From Parcubacteria group bacterium Greene0416_36 (lineage in GTDB: Bacteria > Patescibacteriota > Patescibacteriia > VMEV01), in contig VMEV01000001.1 of NCBI GenBank assembly GCA_007375725.1, positions 15,503 through 79,502 of the forward strand: 64,000 nt of DNA, in the 5' to 3' direction. This document shows, one piece after another, positions 1 through 8,108 of this stretch. A program made the position numbers and the translations under genes. A model generated the notes under the pieces. The model was not told the DNA's origin. It ran no database searches and saw nothing but the letters and a program-made list of their open reading frames with translations. Positions within the stretch are counted from its first letter, which is position 1. Each line of letters starts with the position of its first letter.

Positions 1-918
1 AGGAAGTAAATTGATAATCGCCAAATTAATGGAAAGTAAAGCGGTGAAACCCAGAAGATACATCCAACCCATCTCGGTTACTTCACCCGTGATCACGGCA
101 ATGCCCACAGGTCCAGCCAAAGCCACCTCCACATCTCTTCCGCCAAAAAAATCATAGGCGATCGACCCCAAAGCACCGAGGATGGAAAGTGTCACGCCAG
201 CCGTCCTTTTCGCTCCTTCCCACAAAGAGACGGGGAATGGGTAGGAAACAATGGCGCTTCCAGAAAGAGCAACCCCAATGCCGCCTCGGCTTGTTTCCTG
301 CCGCGAGACCGGAACAATATTTTTCTCCATTTGAGTCTCTCCTCTTTGGAAATTGAACGACACCGAGGCATCTTTTTTCTGGTCCAAATAGTCCTGCATC
401 TGGAGAATATTGGTGATCTCTTGCTTGTCCATAGACACAATAATATCTCCCATTTTCACGCCAGCCGCTTGGGCCGGAGAGTCAGGCAATACTTCCACCA
501 CTTGGATCCGAGGGTTCTCTACCGTAGCAAAACGAGAAAAGGAGCTGGTCTCCGATGTGGCGACCGGCATTCCAAAGGAGTAGCCAATGGAAAATAGACA
601 AAATGCCGCGAAAAAATTCATCGCCACTCCGGCTAAAATAATCACCATTCTCTGCCAGATGGGCTTATGCGAAAAACTGTCTTCCTCCTCGGCAAACTCT
701 CCGCTCTCTCCCTTAATTTTCACATATCCTCCGAGCGGAATCAGATTGAGGCTGTAATCCGTACCCTTGTGATGACGAGACACAATTCGGGGAGGAAACC
801 CGATCGCAAACTCGTCCACCGCCACCCCAAAAAGTTTAGCCGCAGCAAAGTGTCCCAGTTCATGCACAAAGACAAGGAACCCCAAAACCAGTAAAAAAAT
901 AATAAGTGTTGTAAACAT
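1..918 (-). CDS. rseP: Site-2 protease RseP-like zinc metalloprotease (M50 family). The N-terminus is at 918 and the C-terminal end lies beyond the window start.
   Basis: Reverse-strand translation from ATG at 918-916 gives MFTTLIIFLLVLGFLVFVHELGHF... with the HExxH zinc motif, a PDZ-like middle region and a C-terminal ...LAIINLLP motif. It is not in the ORF track because no stop codon falls inside the window. Confidence 0.7.
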   Translation of the reverse strand, partial: MFTTLIIFLLVLGFLVFVHELGHFAAAKLFGVAVDEFAIGFPPRIVSRHHKGTDYSLNLIPLGGYVKIKGESGEFAEEEDSFSHKPIWQRMVIILAGVAMNFFAAFCLFSIGYSFGMPVATSETSSFSRFATVENPRIQVVEVLPDSPAQAAGVKMGDIIVSMDKQEITNILQMQDYLDQKKDASVSFNFQRGETQMEKNIVPVSRQETSRGGIGVALSGSAIVSYPFPVSLWEGAKRTAGVTLSILGALGSIAYDFFGGRDVEVALAGPVGIAVITGEVTEMGWMYLLGFTALLSINLAIINLLP

Positions 919-920
919 AA

Positions 921-1475
921 TTATATTTTCATAATCTCCGTTTCTTTTTCAACGGCCATTTGCTTGAGGCGCTCGTTGAATTGATGGATATAATCATCCA
1001 TTTCTTTGACGAATCGATATTTATCGTCTTCGGCAATTTCTTTATTCTTTTCAGCCTCCAGGATCGAGGCTTTCACCTCATCCCGGATCATGCGGGCTTT
1101 TACCTTGGATTCCTCGGTCTTATTCAAAATAATTTTAACCAAATCCTTGCGATTCTCTTGGGTCAGCGGAGGTAGGCTGATCAAAACGCCTTCCCCAATC
1201 GTATTGGGATTGACCCCGAGTTTTGCCTCCACGATTCCCCGTTCAATATCTTTGAGAATCGATTTGTCCCAAGGGGAAACCAGAAGGGTCTTAGCATCCG
1301 GAACCGTGATGGAAGCCAACTGTTTGATGGGAGTCCGCACGCCGTAGGCTTCCACGGAAACATTATCCAGCATGGCGGGATTCGCCACCCCAGATCGCAG
1401 AGCCCTCATCTCGCCCCGCAAAAAAGAGACAACATCTTCAAAATCCGATTTACGTAATTCAATGTAATCATTCAT
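921..1475 (-). CDS. frr: Ribosome recycling factor
   Basis: 184 aa; LPPLTQENRKDLVK and the overall RRF pattern. Confidence 0.9.
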   Translation of the reverse strand: MNDYIELRKSDFEDVVSFLRGEMRALRSGVANPAMLDNVSVEAYGVRTPIKQLASITVPDAKTLLVSPWDKSILKDIERGIVEAKLGVNPNTIGEGVLISLPPLTQENRKDLVKIILNKTEESKVKARMIRDEVKASILEAEKNKEIAEDDKYRFVKEMDDYIHQFNERLKQMAVEKETEIMKI

Positions 1476-1501
1476 AAAATTAGTATGTGGGCAGTAAAAA
1501 A

Positions 1502-2581
1502 TTAGAAACCAAATGTATTATTGCTTTTCCCGGCAGATATCGCCCCACCGGCTCCCAAATAGAGCGTATCCCCCAGCCTTGGGTCCGCGCGTAAAACTTT
1601 TACAGACTGCGAGGTGGGAAGGGACTTAATGCTCCATGTTTGGGCCCCGTCCACTGAAATATAAATCTTGCCGGGAGTCGTATAATAAATCACCTTCGGA
1701 TTTTTGGGATCCACGGCCAGCGAGAAAATCTCAATGCTTCCCGGAGGGGTCAATAACGCCAGAGCATCCCAATCTGCAGCGCCATTTGTGGATTTCAAAA
1801 TCCCGTATTTGCTGGCGTAATAGATAGTATCAGAACGGCTGGGATCCAAGAGCGCGTCTTTAAATATCAAACTATCGGTAAACCTCTCGGATAAAACGGA
1901 TCGAATCTCAATCCAATTAGCCCCGAAATCAATGCTTTTGAAGATCCCCTTGGACTGGGTAAAGACATAGATTTTTTTAGAATCCCGAGGATCAATCACT
2001 ATTTTCTCTATGCGATTTTCGGCTGATTTGATAATGGACCAGCTCACTCCGCCATTGGTGGAACGAATAAGCGCACCATCCGCTAGTCCCATATAGATAC
2101 GATTGGAATCCAAAAGATCCAGCTCCAAAGAGGTAATGGCAACACCTCGCGACTCCGCGTATATATTACTAAAATTTTTACCGCCATCGGTTGTTTTAAA
2201 CACCGAGTTTCCTCGAGCAATATACATTTCATCGGAATTTTTTGGACTGATAGCTATTAAGTTTAAAGCTCCTTCCCGAGGACCAAAGGCCTCCCATTTC
2301 TCTCCGGCATTGGAAGACTTGAACCCTCCTTTATTTCCAGTTCCCACAAAAAGAATATCCGGATTTTTCGGATCGAATTCCATATCGAGAATAGTAGTAT
2401 TTGCAATGGTGACGGGCTTATTTTTGACCGTATCGACAAAAATCCGAGGCTCCCAAGTGGAAGCCCGGTCCGTGGAGCGAAAAACACCGCCGTCCGTAAC
2501 CGTAACCGCACCGGGAAGCGTACATCCCGACAAAAAGACGAGGGGGGATAACAATAGAGAATATTTAAATAAAATTGGCAT
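1502..2581 (-). CDS. Lipoprotein with BNR/Asp-box beta-propeller repeats (Ycf48/sortilin-like)
   Basis: Signal peptide with an LSGC lipobox; repeated S-x-D-x-G-x-x-W motifs (STDGGKNF, STNGGVSW, SVDGAQTW). Confidence 0.55.
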   Translation of the reverse strand: MPILFKYSLLLSPLVFLSGCTLPGAVTVTDGGVFRSTDRASTWEPRIFVDTVKNKPVTIANTTILDMEFDPKNPDILFVGTGNKGGFKSSNAGEKWEAFGPREGALNLIAISPKNSDEMYIARGNSVFKTTDGGKNFSNIYAESRGVAITSLELDLLDSNRIYMGLADGALIRSTNGGVSWSIIKSAENRIEKIVIDPRDSKKIYVFTQSKGIFKSIDFGANWIEIRSVLSERFTDSLIFKDALLDPSRSDTIYYASKYGILKSTNGAADWDALALLTPPGSIEIFSLAVDPKNPKVIYYTTPGKIYISVDGAQTWSIKSLPTSQSVKVLRADPRLGDTLYLGAGGAISAGKSNNTFGF

Positions 2582-2600
2582 AATGACAGAGAGTTTTTCG

Positions 2601-3560
2601 TTATTTTAGCTTCAAAAATAAATTTTGCAATAATAATTTTGAATTGATATGTGATTCGATGCCTTTTTTTGCTTTGGTGATGGCATCGAGGATACCCGCT
2701 AACTCCGACTCCGAATAGCGCAAAGACAATTGCTTGTCAGGGAGATGATGATTAAAGCCATATTTCGCGCGGAGCAAAGAATACGCGATATAAAAAGAAT
2801 GTTCCAAAAAATTCCAAAGCCCTTCCCCAGAGCACTCATCCAGTCGCCCCAGCCTCTTGGCTCGAGTAGAAGTGAAAATGGACAAGGCCTGCTCGTACTC
2901 CTCTCGATACTTCTGTCTATAAGAAAGATTGGTATACAACCGATGGGCCAATGCCGGCTTTCCTCGCGATAAAGTAGCCAGGAGTGAAGCCTCATCCGAG
3001 AGAGCCCCCAGACTGCCTACAAATGAGGCAATCTCTGGCTCCGGCACTAGGGAAGATTTGAGCGATACACATCGAGAACGAAGCGTTGGGAGTAGAGACA
3101 TGGGCCGAGAAGTCACCAGAAAAAACACCGAATTCCCACGCGGCTCTTCCAAAACTTTTAAAATGGCATTCTGGCTATTGCGATTGAGAGCGTGGCAATT
3201 ATCGACAAGCACCGCCTTATAGGACCCCATCCATGGCTTTTGATTCAAAAAAGAACGCGTGGCTCGGACCTCTTCGATGACTATAATTCCGGTCTCCGGA
3301 TTCGGAGAGATCAGCATGAAATCAGGATGGGTTCCGGCACGAAAATGCCGGCAGCCTAGACAAGATCCACAGGCTTCTCCCTCTTTCCTCTCGGAACAAA
3401 AGAGCAAACCGATACATTCCAGAGCCAAGGTCTTTTTTCCGATATGCTCCGGACCGGACAAGAGGTAACTGGAAAAAAAACTACCCTCAGAAAAAGCGCG
3501 ATGGAGACCAAGCAAAACGGAGTCATGGCCGCAAATAGCATGTCCCACAAACGTTACCAT
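2601..3560 (-). CDS. holB: DNA polymerase III delta-prime subunit
   Basis: YLLSGPEHIGKKTLA P-loop-like box, a CGSCLGC zinc module and an SRC motif. Confidence 0.75.
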   Translation of the reverse strand: MVTFVGHAICGHDSVLLGLHRAFSEGSFFSSYLLSGPEHIGKKTLALECIGLLFCSERKEGEACGSCLGCRHFRAGTHPDFMLISPNPETGIIVIEEVRATRSFLNQKPWMGSYKAVLVDNCHALNRNSQNAILKVLEEPRGNSVFFLVTSRPMSLLPTLRSRCVSLKSSLVPEPEIASFVGSLGALSDEASLLATLSRGKPALAHRLYTNLSYRQKYREEYEQALSIFTSTRAKRLGRLDECSGEGLWNFLEHSFYIAYSLLRAKYGFNHHLPDKQLSLRYSESELAGILDAITKAKKGIESHINSKLLLQNLFLKLK

Positions 3561-3563
3561 TAA

Positions 3564-4154
3564 TTATTCAATCGTGATTTTCGTGATAACGACTTCATTT
3601 TCAGCCAGGGGATGATCATTGGCATTCACTTTTACGCCTTCGATGCGGTCAATCACCTCCATGCCGGATACCACTTCTCCAAAAACCGTATGCTTGCCGT
3701 CCAGCCAAGGGGTGGACGGAGCGGATACGACAAAAAATTGGCTCCCATTGGTATTGGGGCCGTAGTTGGCCATGGCCACCATGCCGCGCACCATTTTGTG
3801 AGCATTGATTTCATCTGCGAAAGCATACCCCGGACCTCCGCGGCCATGAAGCGACCAGTCGGCTAGGCGAGAATTCGGGTCTCCGGTTTGGAGCATGAAC
3901 CCCTTGATGATTCGATGGAACTTAATCCCGTCATAAAATCCTTCCTTCGATAATTTCACAAAATTCTCCACAGTTTTGGGAGCATCCGAATCGAAAAAAC
4001 GGATTTTTAATGTGCCCATATTCGTCTCCACGCTCGCCAATGTGCGCTTTTGTTCCACTGGCGTCACCTCACTGCCAATATCCGTTGGTTTATTCATACA
4101 TCCCGCTCCTATTAAAAAGGGTAAAGAAAATAATAAAATGGCTATTTTTTTCAT
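3564..4154 (-). CDS. Cyclophilin-type peptidyl-prolyl cis-trans isomerase (lipoprotein)
   Basis: FHRIIKGFMLQTGDP, GPNTNGSQFFV and HTVFGEVVSGMEVIDRI cyclophilin signatures; signal peptide and lipobox. Confidence 0.9.
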   Translation of the reverse strand: MKKIAILLFSLPFLIGAGCMNKPTDIGSEVTPVEQKRTLASVETNMGTLKIRFFDSDAPKTVENFVKLSKEGFYDGIKFHRIIKGFMLQTGDPNSRLADWSLHGRGGPGYAFADEINAHKMVRGMVAMANYGPNTNGSQFFVVSAPSTPWLDGKHTVFGEVVSGMEVIDRIEGVKVNANDHPLAENEVVITKITIE

Positions 4155-4228
4155 ATGAATAGTAGTTTAATATCTTATTGATTTATATCACAATTCGATG
4201 TAATTTACCATTGACTCTAAAATAATAC

Positions 4229-4316
4229 GGTAGGGTGGCCGAGTGGTTGAAGGCGCCGGTCTCGAAAACCGGTATACCGAAAGGTATCATGAGTTCAAAT
4301 CTCATCCCTACCTCCA
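4229..4316 (+). tRNA. tRNA-Ser (anticodon CGA) with a long variable arm
   Basis: Cloverleaf read by eye: acceptor GGTAGGG/CCCTACC, D-arm GCCGAGTGGTTGAAGGC, anticodon loop CTCGAAA, long variable arm, T-arm ATGAGTTCAAATCTCAT, encoded CCA. Confidence 0.7.
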
Positions 4317-4348
4317 ACATAAATCGAACCGGCCGTGTCCCGCGTAAA

Positions 4349-4420
4349 GAAGTGAAGAGGGATCTCGAAAACCGGTATGCCGAAAGGTATCGTGGGTTCG
4401 AATCCCACTCCCACCTCCCA
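4349..4420 (+). pseudogene. tRNA-like 3'-half remnant (anticodon-like arm, variable arm, T-arm, acceptor 3' strand; no 5' acceptor or D-arm)
   Basis: About 80% identical to the 3' half of the adjacent tRNA-Ser, including GGTTCGAATCC. No complementary 5' acceptor strand lies upstream. Confidence 0.5.
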
Positions 4421-4486
4421 GGTTTTGGGCCAAAGGCGCATTCTCCTTTGGCGAAAAATCTCATCCCTAGCTCCAAAATATAATAT

Positions 4487-4723
4487 ATGCACTCAAAAAT
4501 CGAAATCTTTGGCTGGTATGGCACAGTCGCTATTATCAGCGCCTATTTCGCCAATAGTTTTGGTTATCTTGATGCGGGATCTTTGATTTATCAATTGCTC
4601 AATTTGACAGGAGCTCTTGGGATCGTGGCTATTTCTCTATCCAAAAAAGTCTATCAGCCCATGGTGATCAATATCATTTGGGCCATCATTGCAGTATTTG
4701 CCCTCATCAAAATATTATTCTAA
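4487..4723 (+). CDS. Small 2-3 TM membrane protein (possibly CBU_0592-like family)
   Basis: 78-aa hydrophobic ORF in an otherwise empty plus-strand gap; the family assignment is uncertain. Confidence 0.4.
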   Translation: MHSKIEIFGWYGTVAIISAYFANSFGYLDAGSLIYQLLNLTGALGIVAISLSKKVYQPMVINIIWAIIAVFALIKILF

Positions 4724-4737
4724 TCCCTCCAATCCCA

Positions 4738-5382
4738 ATGTTCCACTTTTTTTCCAAAAAAAATCTCAAAAGAATAGGAATCATCACCTTCCTCTTTTTT
4801 TTCATTTCCTACCAATACGTCGAATGGGTGGCGGCGGGGAATACTTATGATAAAATCGAAAAAATGCCGAAAAATCACGCGGGACTGGTGTTTGGAACTT
4901 CGCAGTATGCCGTAACAGGAGGACTCAATGCTTATTTTTATTATCGAATAGAAGCGGCCGCTCTACTTTATAAACAAGGCAAAATCTCAAAAATCATTGT
5001 CTCCGGAGACAATAGGACTCTTCAATATAATGAGCCAAAGGCCATGAAAGAAGCGCTCCTAGAAAGAGGGATTCCGAAAGAGGCTATTGTCGAGGACTTC
5101 GCGGGTCTGCGCACGCTCGATTCCGTCATACGCGCCAAGGCAATTTTTGGACAAACGAGCATCACCTTGATTTCCCAAGAATTCCAAAATAAACGGGCGA
5201 TCGCCATTGCTGAGCATTATGGCATCGTCGCCTTAGGATTCAATGCTGCCGAGCCTCAAATCCCTTGGATTCGGGCAAAGGTATTTCTGCGTGAAATACT
5301 GGCAAGAACGGCCATGATGGTGGACCTCATCGCAGAGACCGATCCGAGGCATTTAGGGGAAAAAATAGATATAAACAACTAG
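4738..5382 (+). CDS. SanA/YdcF (DUF218) family membrane-anchored protein
   Basis: N-terminal TM then a DUF218-like core (KIIVSGDN...EP, ITLISQEFQNKRA). Start taken at the internal Met (MFHFF). Confidence 0.65.
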   Translation: MFHFFSKKNLKRIGIITFLFFFISYQYVEWVAAGNTYDKIEKMPKNHAGLVFGTSQYAVTGGLNAYFYYRIEAAALLYKQGKISKIIVSGDNRTLQYNEPKAMKEALLERGIPKEAIVEDFAGLRTLDSVIRAKAIFGQTSITLISQEFQNKRAIAIAEHYGIVALGFNAAEPQIPWIRAKVFLREILARTAMMVDLIAETDPRHLGEKIDINN

Positions 5383-5452
5383 GCTTTCCGCAGTTGCCCC
5401 TCAGGATAAAATAAAACAAAAAAAGATGGGTTATTGCCATCTTCACAATTCT

Positions 5453-5662
5453 TTATTTCGCAAGATCGTTTTTCACCAACTTGCGTGTCTCCTCACTCAA
5501 TAAATTATCAAGAAGAGTCTTAAAATCTTCCGGCGTCAACAGATTTTTCCACTTTTCCAAAGCTGCTTTTTTTTCTTTTTTGGTGCTTATTGCTTCTAAT
5601 TCCATAGCGACAAGCAAATTGAAGTTTCCGATCTTTTTTTCATTTCCTGCAGGCTGATCCAT
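5453..5662 (-). CDS. Hypothetical small protein (69 aa)
   Basis: ORF only; it fits the minus-strand gene train between the sanA-like gene and tsaD. Confidence 0.25.
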   Translation of the reverse strand: MDQPAGNEKKIGNFNLLVAMELEAISTKKEKKAALEKWKNLLTPEDFKTLLDNLLSEETRKLVKNDLAK

Positions 5663-5672
5663 TTTTCATCTC

Positions 5673-6818
5673 CTATTTTTTAGGCTCAAAGGCTTCCCCA
5701 CATCCGGCCAACGACAATGTCGGCTTACGATCTAAGGAGTTTATATTAATAACATATTTTTTTCGCAAATACAAATAGTATCCGACAAACCCAATCATAG
5801 CCGCGTTATCCATGCAGAATTTTGGATCGCTGAATAGAATAGGAATTTCCGGATAATCCTTCATTCCGCGGCGCAATTTTCTGCGGAGTTCCAGATTCAC
5901 ACTCACTCCCCCGCCCACCGTGATCATTTTGGGTTTATGGGTTTTGAGTGTTTTCTCGAGCTTGATCCAGAGAATATCAAACACGGCTTCCTGAAGTGAC
6001 GCGCAATAATCGGGAACAATTTTTTTAAAATTCTCTTTGAGTTCGGCCTCCAGTTTTTGAATTTGATACAAACAAGAGGTCTTGAGACCGGAAAAACTAA
6101 AATTCAAATCATCTTTGGTTTTCATTGGTCTCGGCAAATCATAGGCCTTTCGATTGCCTGATTTGGCAAAATGCTCCACCACCGCTCCCCCAGGATAACC
6201 CAGACCCAATAAACGGGCAATTTTATCGAGAGCCTCACCCGCAGCATCATCGAGTGTTCGGCCAAGGATTGTATATTTACCAATATCATCGACCCAGACG
6301 ATTTCCGTGTGACCGCCGGATACGATCAACGACAAAAACGGATATTCCAACCCCGCGTTTTTTGTATAAAAATTCCCCTTTCGATTCTTGATCAATGCTG
6401 AAAAAATATGGCCTTCGATATGATTGACGGCGATAAGCGGCTTATTATATTCAATCGCCAATTCTTTTGCCTTCTTCACCCCAACTTGTAAGGCGGGGGC
6501 AAGGCCCGGGCCGTAGGTGACGGCGATGGCATCAATTAAATGTAGGGGCAGACCTGAGTGTCTGCCCTGCTCCTCACCCGACGATAGGGTCGGGCGCACA
6601 TGCAAGTGCGCCCCTACGAGACCGGATTTTCTAATGGCCAATTCAATGCACGGACCGATATTTTTTTCATGTTCCATCCGCGCCAAATTCGGCACGACGC
6701 CACCCCATTGTTTGTGGATTTCCACTTGAGACGAGACGACGCTCGAAAGCAGGCAGTCATCTTTTAAAATGGCTACCGAGGTGTCGTCGCAGGAAGTGTC
6801 GATGGCGAGGATATACAC
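5673..6818 (-). CDS. tsaD: tRNA N6-adenosine threonylcarbamoyltransferase TsaD (Kae1/YgjD)
   Basis: MYILAIDTSCDDTSVAIL, HIEGHI and VSGGHTEIV motifs. Contains an in-frame insertion of about 24 aa before IDAIAV. Confidence 0.9.
   Translation of the reverse strand: MYILAIDTSCDDTSVAILKDDCLLSSVVSSQVEIHKQWGGVVPNLARMEHEKNIGPCIELAIRKSGLVGAHLHVRPTLSSGEEQGRHSGLPLHLIDAIAVTYGPGLAPALQVGVKKAKELAIEYNKPLIAVNHIEGHIFSALIKNRKGNFYTKNAGLEYPFLSLIVSGGHTEIVWVDDIGKYTILGRTLDDAAGEALDKIARLLGLGYPGGAVVEHFAKSGNRKAYDLPRPMKTKDDLNFSFSGLKTSCLYQIQKLEAELKENFKKIVPDYCASLQEAVFDILWIKLEKTLKTHKPKMITVGGGVSVNLELRRKLRRGMKDYPEIPILFSDPKFCMDNAAMIGFVGYYLYLRKKYVININSLDRKPTLSLAGCGEAFEPKK
6541..6616. repeat. GC-rich double-hairpin palindromic element inserted in-frame in tsaD
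   Basis: gtaggggcagac-ctgagt-gtctgccc ... gggcgcac-atgcaa-gtgcgcccctac. It encodes VGAHLHVRPTLSSGEEQGRHSGLP between the conserved SGL and IDAIAV blocks, where E. coli TsaD has 4 aa. Confidence 0.7.
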
Positions 6819-6819
6819 A

Positions 6820-6905
6820 AATTAAGAATTAAGAATGAAAAATTAAGAATGAATAAAGAAACAAGAACATATATAATTCTTCATTCTTAATTTTTCATTC
6901 TTCAT
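6820..6905. repeat. AT-rich inverted repeat of the aattaagaatgaa family (copy a)
   Basis: aattaagaattaagaatgaaaaattaagaatgaa ... ttcattcttaatttttcattcttcatt. The same motif recurs at 11747, 25775 and 27797. Confidence 0.6.
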
Positions 6906-8007
6906 TGACTTTATATCTAATCCTCCTCTTCCCCTCCCCCACATGTTCCAAAAAGACATGGAGAATAAGGGATTCCTTCAAATACGGCTGAATCACATCC
7001 ATAATACGCTCGGCCCATTCGATGCACACGATATTAGGGGATTTTCCTCCAAAGGCGGATCCGCCTCCGGCGGAGAAAATCGCGGGCAAGTCGAGGATAG
7101 TAATTTCTTCAGGTTTTTCGAGGCGATAGGTGTCGAGATGTTGTAATTGAAAGGGCTTGCCTTCCCAAGAGGCCTCGTATTCATTGCACAAAATAAAGGT
7201 CGGAGATACGACTGACTCTTTTACTCCCAATCTCTTGGCCAAAAATTGAGTAAACGTAGTTTTGCCCGATCCTAATTGCCCATTAAGCAAAATCACAATC
7301 GACTTTTTACCTAGAAAAGGCTTGATTTCATTGAAAATGATTTCTGAGAATGCATTGGTTTGTTCAACACTCTCCGAAATAAAAGTTTGGGCGTCTTCGA
7401 AGAAACGATCGCCTTTTCGAAGTACCGCCAAGTGTTCTTGGGTCGTATCGATGACTGTGGAAGGAGCTCGAGGGGGTAATTCTCCCGCGTCCAGCACCAA
7501 ATCAATCAAATCTCGCTGTTTACCCGACAAATAATCAAAAATATCCGCCACCTTGTAAGGCGTTTTTTGTCCGGAAGAATTGGCCGAAGTTGCTGTAACC
7601 GGTTTTCCGAACACCCGGACAATTTCGGTGATCAGGGGATGGTCGGGAATGCGAATCCCCAAGGTTCCCTGTATTGACTGGACCCCAGGAGCTACTTTAT
7701 TTTTCCCCTTCGAAATCACCGTCACCGGCCCGGGCAAAAAATTATGGTAGATATTCCGTGCCGTCTCATTCATTTCCACATACTCCCCCGCCATTTTCTC
7801 GTCCACAACCGCAACTGAAAAAGGCTTGTCCTGCCGCTTGGTCTTATATTCGAGGAGTTTGGCCACCGCCTCCGGATTTGTCGCGTCCACCCCCGCCCCA
7901 TAGCAAGTCTCAGTCGGATAAATCAAAAGACCGCCGGAAGCCAATGTTTGGAGGGCGTGATTGATTATATTTTCTTGGGAAGTATTTTTTAAATCGAGAA
8001 TTTGCAT
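6895..8007 (-). CDS. Fused L-threonylcarbamoyladenylate synthase TsaC/YrdC (N-terminal) and TsaE/YjeE ATPase (C-terminal)
   Basis: N-terminal half has YrdC motifs (LIYPTETCYGAGVDA, LPGPVTVI, IRIPDHPL). C-terminal half has TsaE motifs (GQLGSGKTTFTQ, SPTF, HLDTYRL). Start set at MQILDLK (8007); the ORF track extends the frame into the upstream repeat. Confidence 0.75.
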   Translation of the reverse strand: MQILDLKNTSQENIINHALQTLASGGLLIYPTETCYGAGVDATNPEAVAKLLEYKTKRQDKPFSVAVVDEKMAGEYVEMNETARNIYHNFLPGPVTVISKGKNKVAPGVQSIQGTLGIRIPDHPLITEIVRVFGKPVTATSANSSGQKTPYKVADIFDYLSGKQRDLIDLVLDAGELPPRAPSTVIDTTQEHLAVLRKGDRFFEDAQTFISESVEQTNAFSEIIFNEIKPFLGKKSIVILLNGQLGSGKTTFTQFLAKRLGVKESVVSPTFILCNEYEASWEGKPFQLQHLDTYRLEKPEEITILDLPAIFSAGGGSAFGGKSPNIVCIEWAERIMDVIQPYLKESLILHVFLEHVGEGKRRIRYKVNEE

Positions 8008-8022
8008 ATCATATAGAATACA

Positions 8023-8108
8023 GCAACAAATCCCCCTTAATCCCCCTTTGACAAGGGGGAAATAGCGCCCTCCTTTGTCAAAGGGAGGGTTGGGGAGGGA
8101 TTTGTTGC
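8023..8108. repeat. GC-rich palindromic repeat element, copy 1
   Basis: aacaaatccccc..cccctttgacaaggggg..ccctcctttgtcaaagggagggttggggagggatttgttg; outer inverted repeat plus two internal hairpins. Confidence 0.8.

Noticed and set aside
192-440. 82-aa minus-strand ORF from the track at the window start
   Set aside because: It is in a different frame and fully inside the RseP-like gene, which reads continuously from 918 to the window edge.
4349-4420. Second complete tRNA gene after tRNA-Ser
   Set aside because: No 5' acceptor strand complementary to TCCCACC and no D-arm lie upstream. The anticodon stem does not pair (gggat versus accgg). It was treated as a remnant.
4183-4524. 113-aa minus-strand ORF and other ORFs overlapping the tRNA region
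   Set aside because: They overlap tRNA-Ser and its remnant and are translations of tRNA-like sequence.
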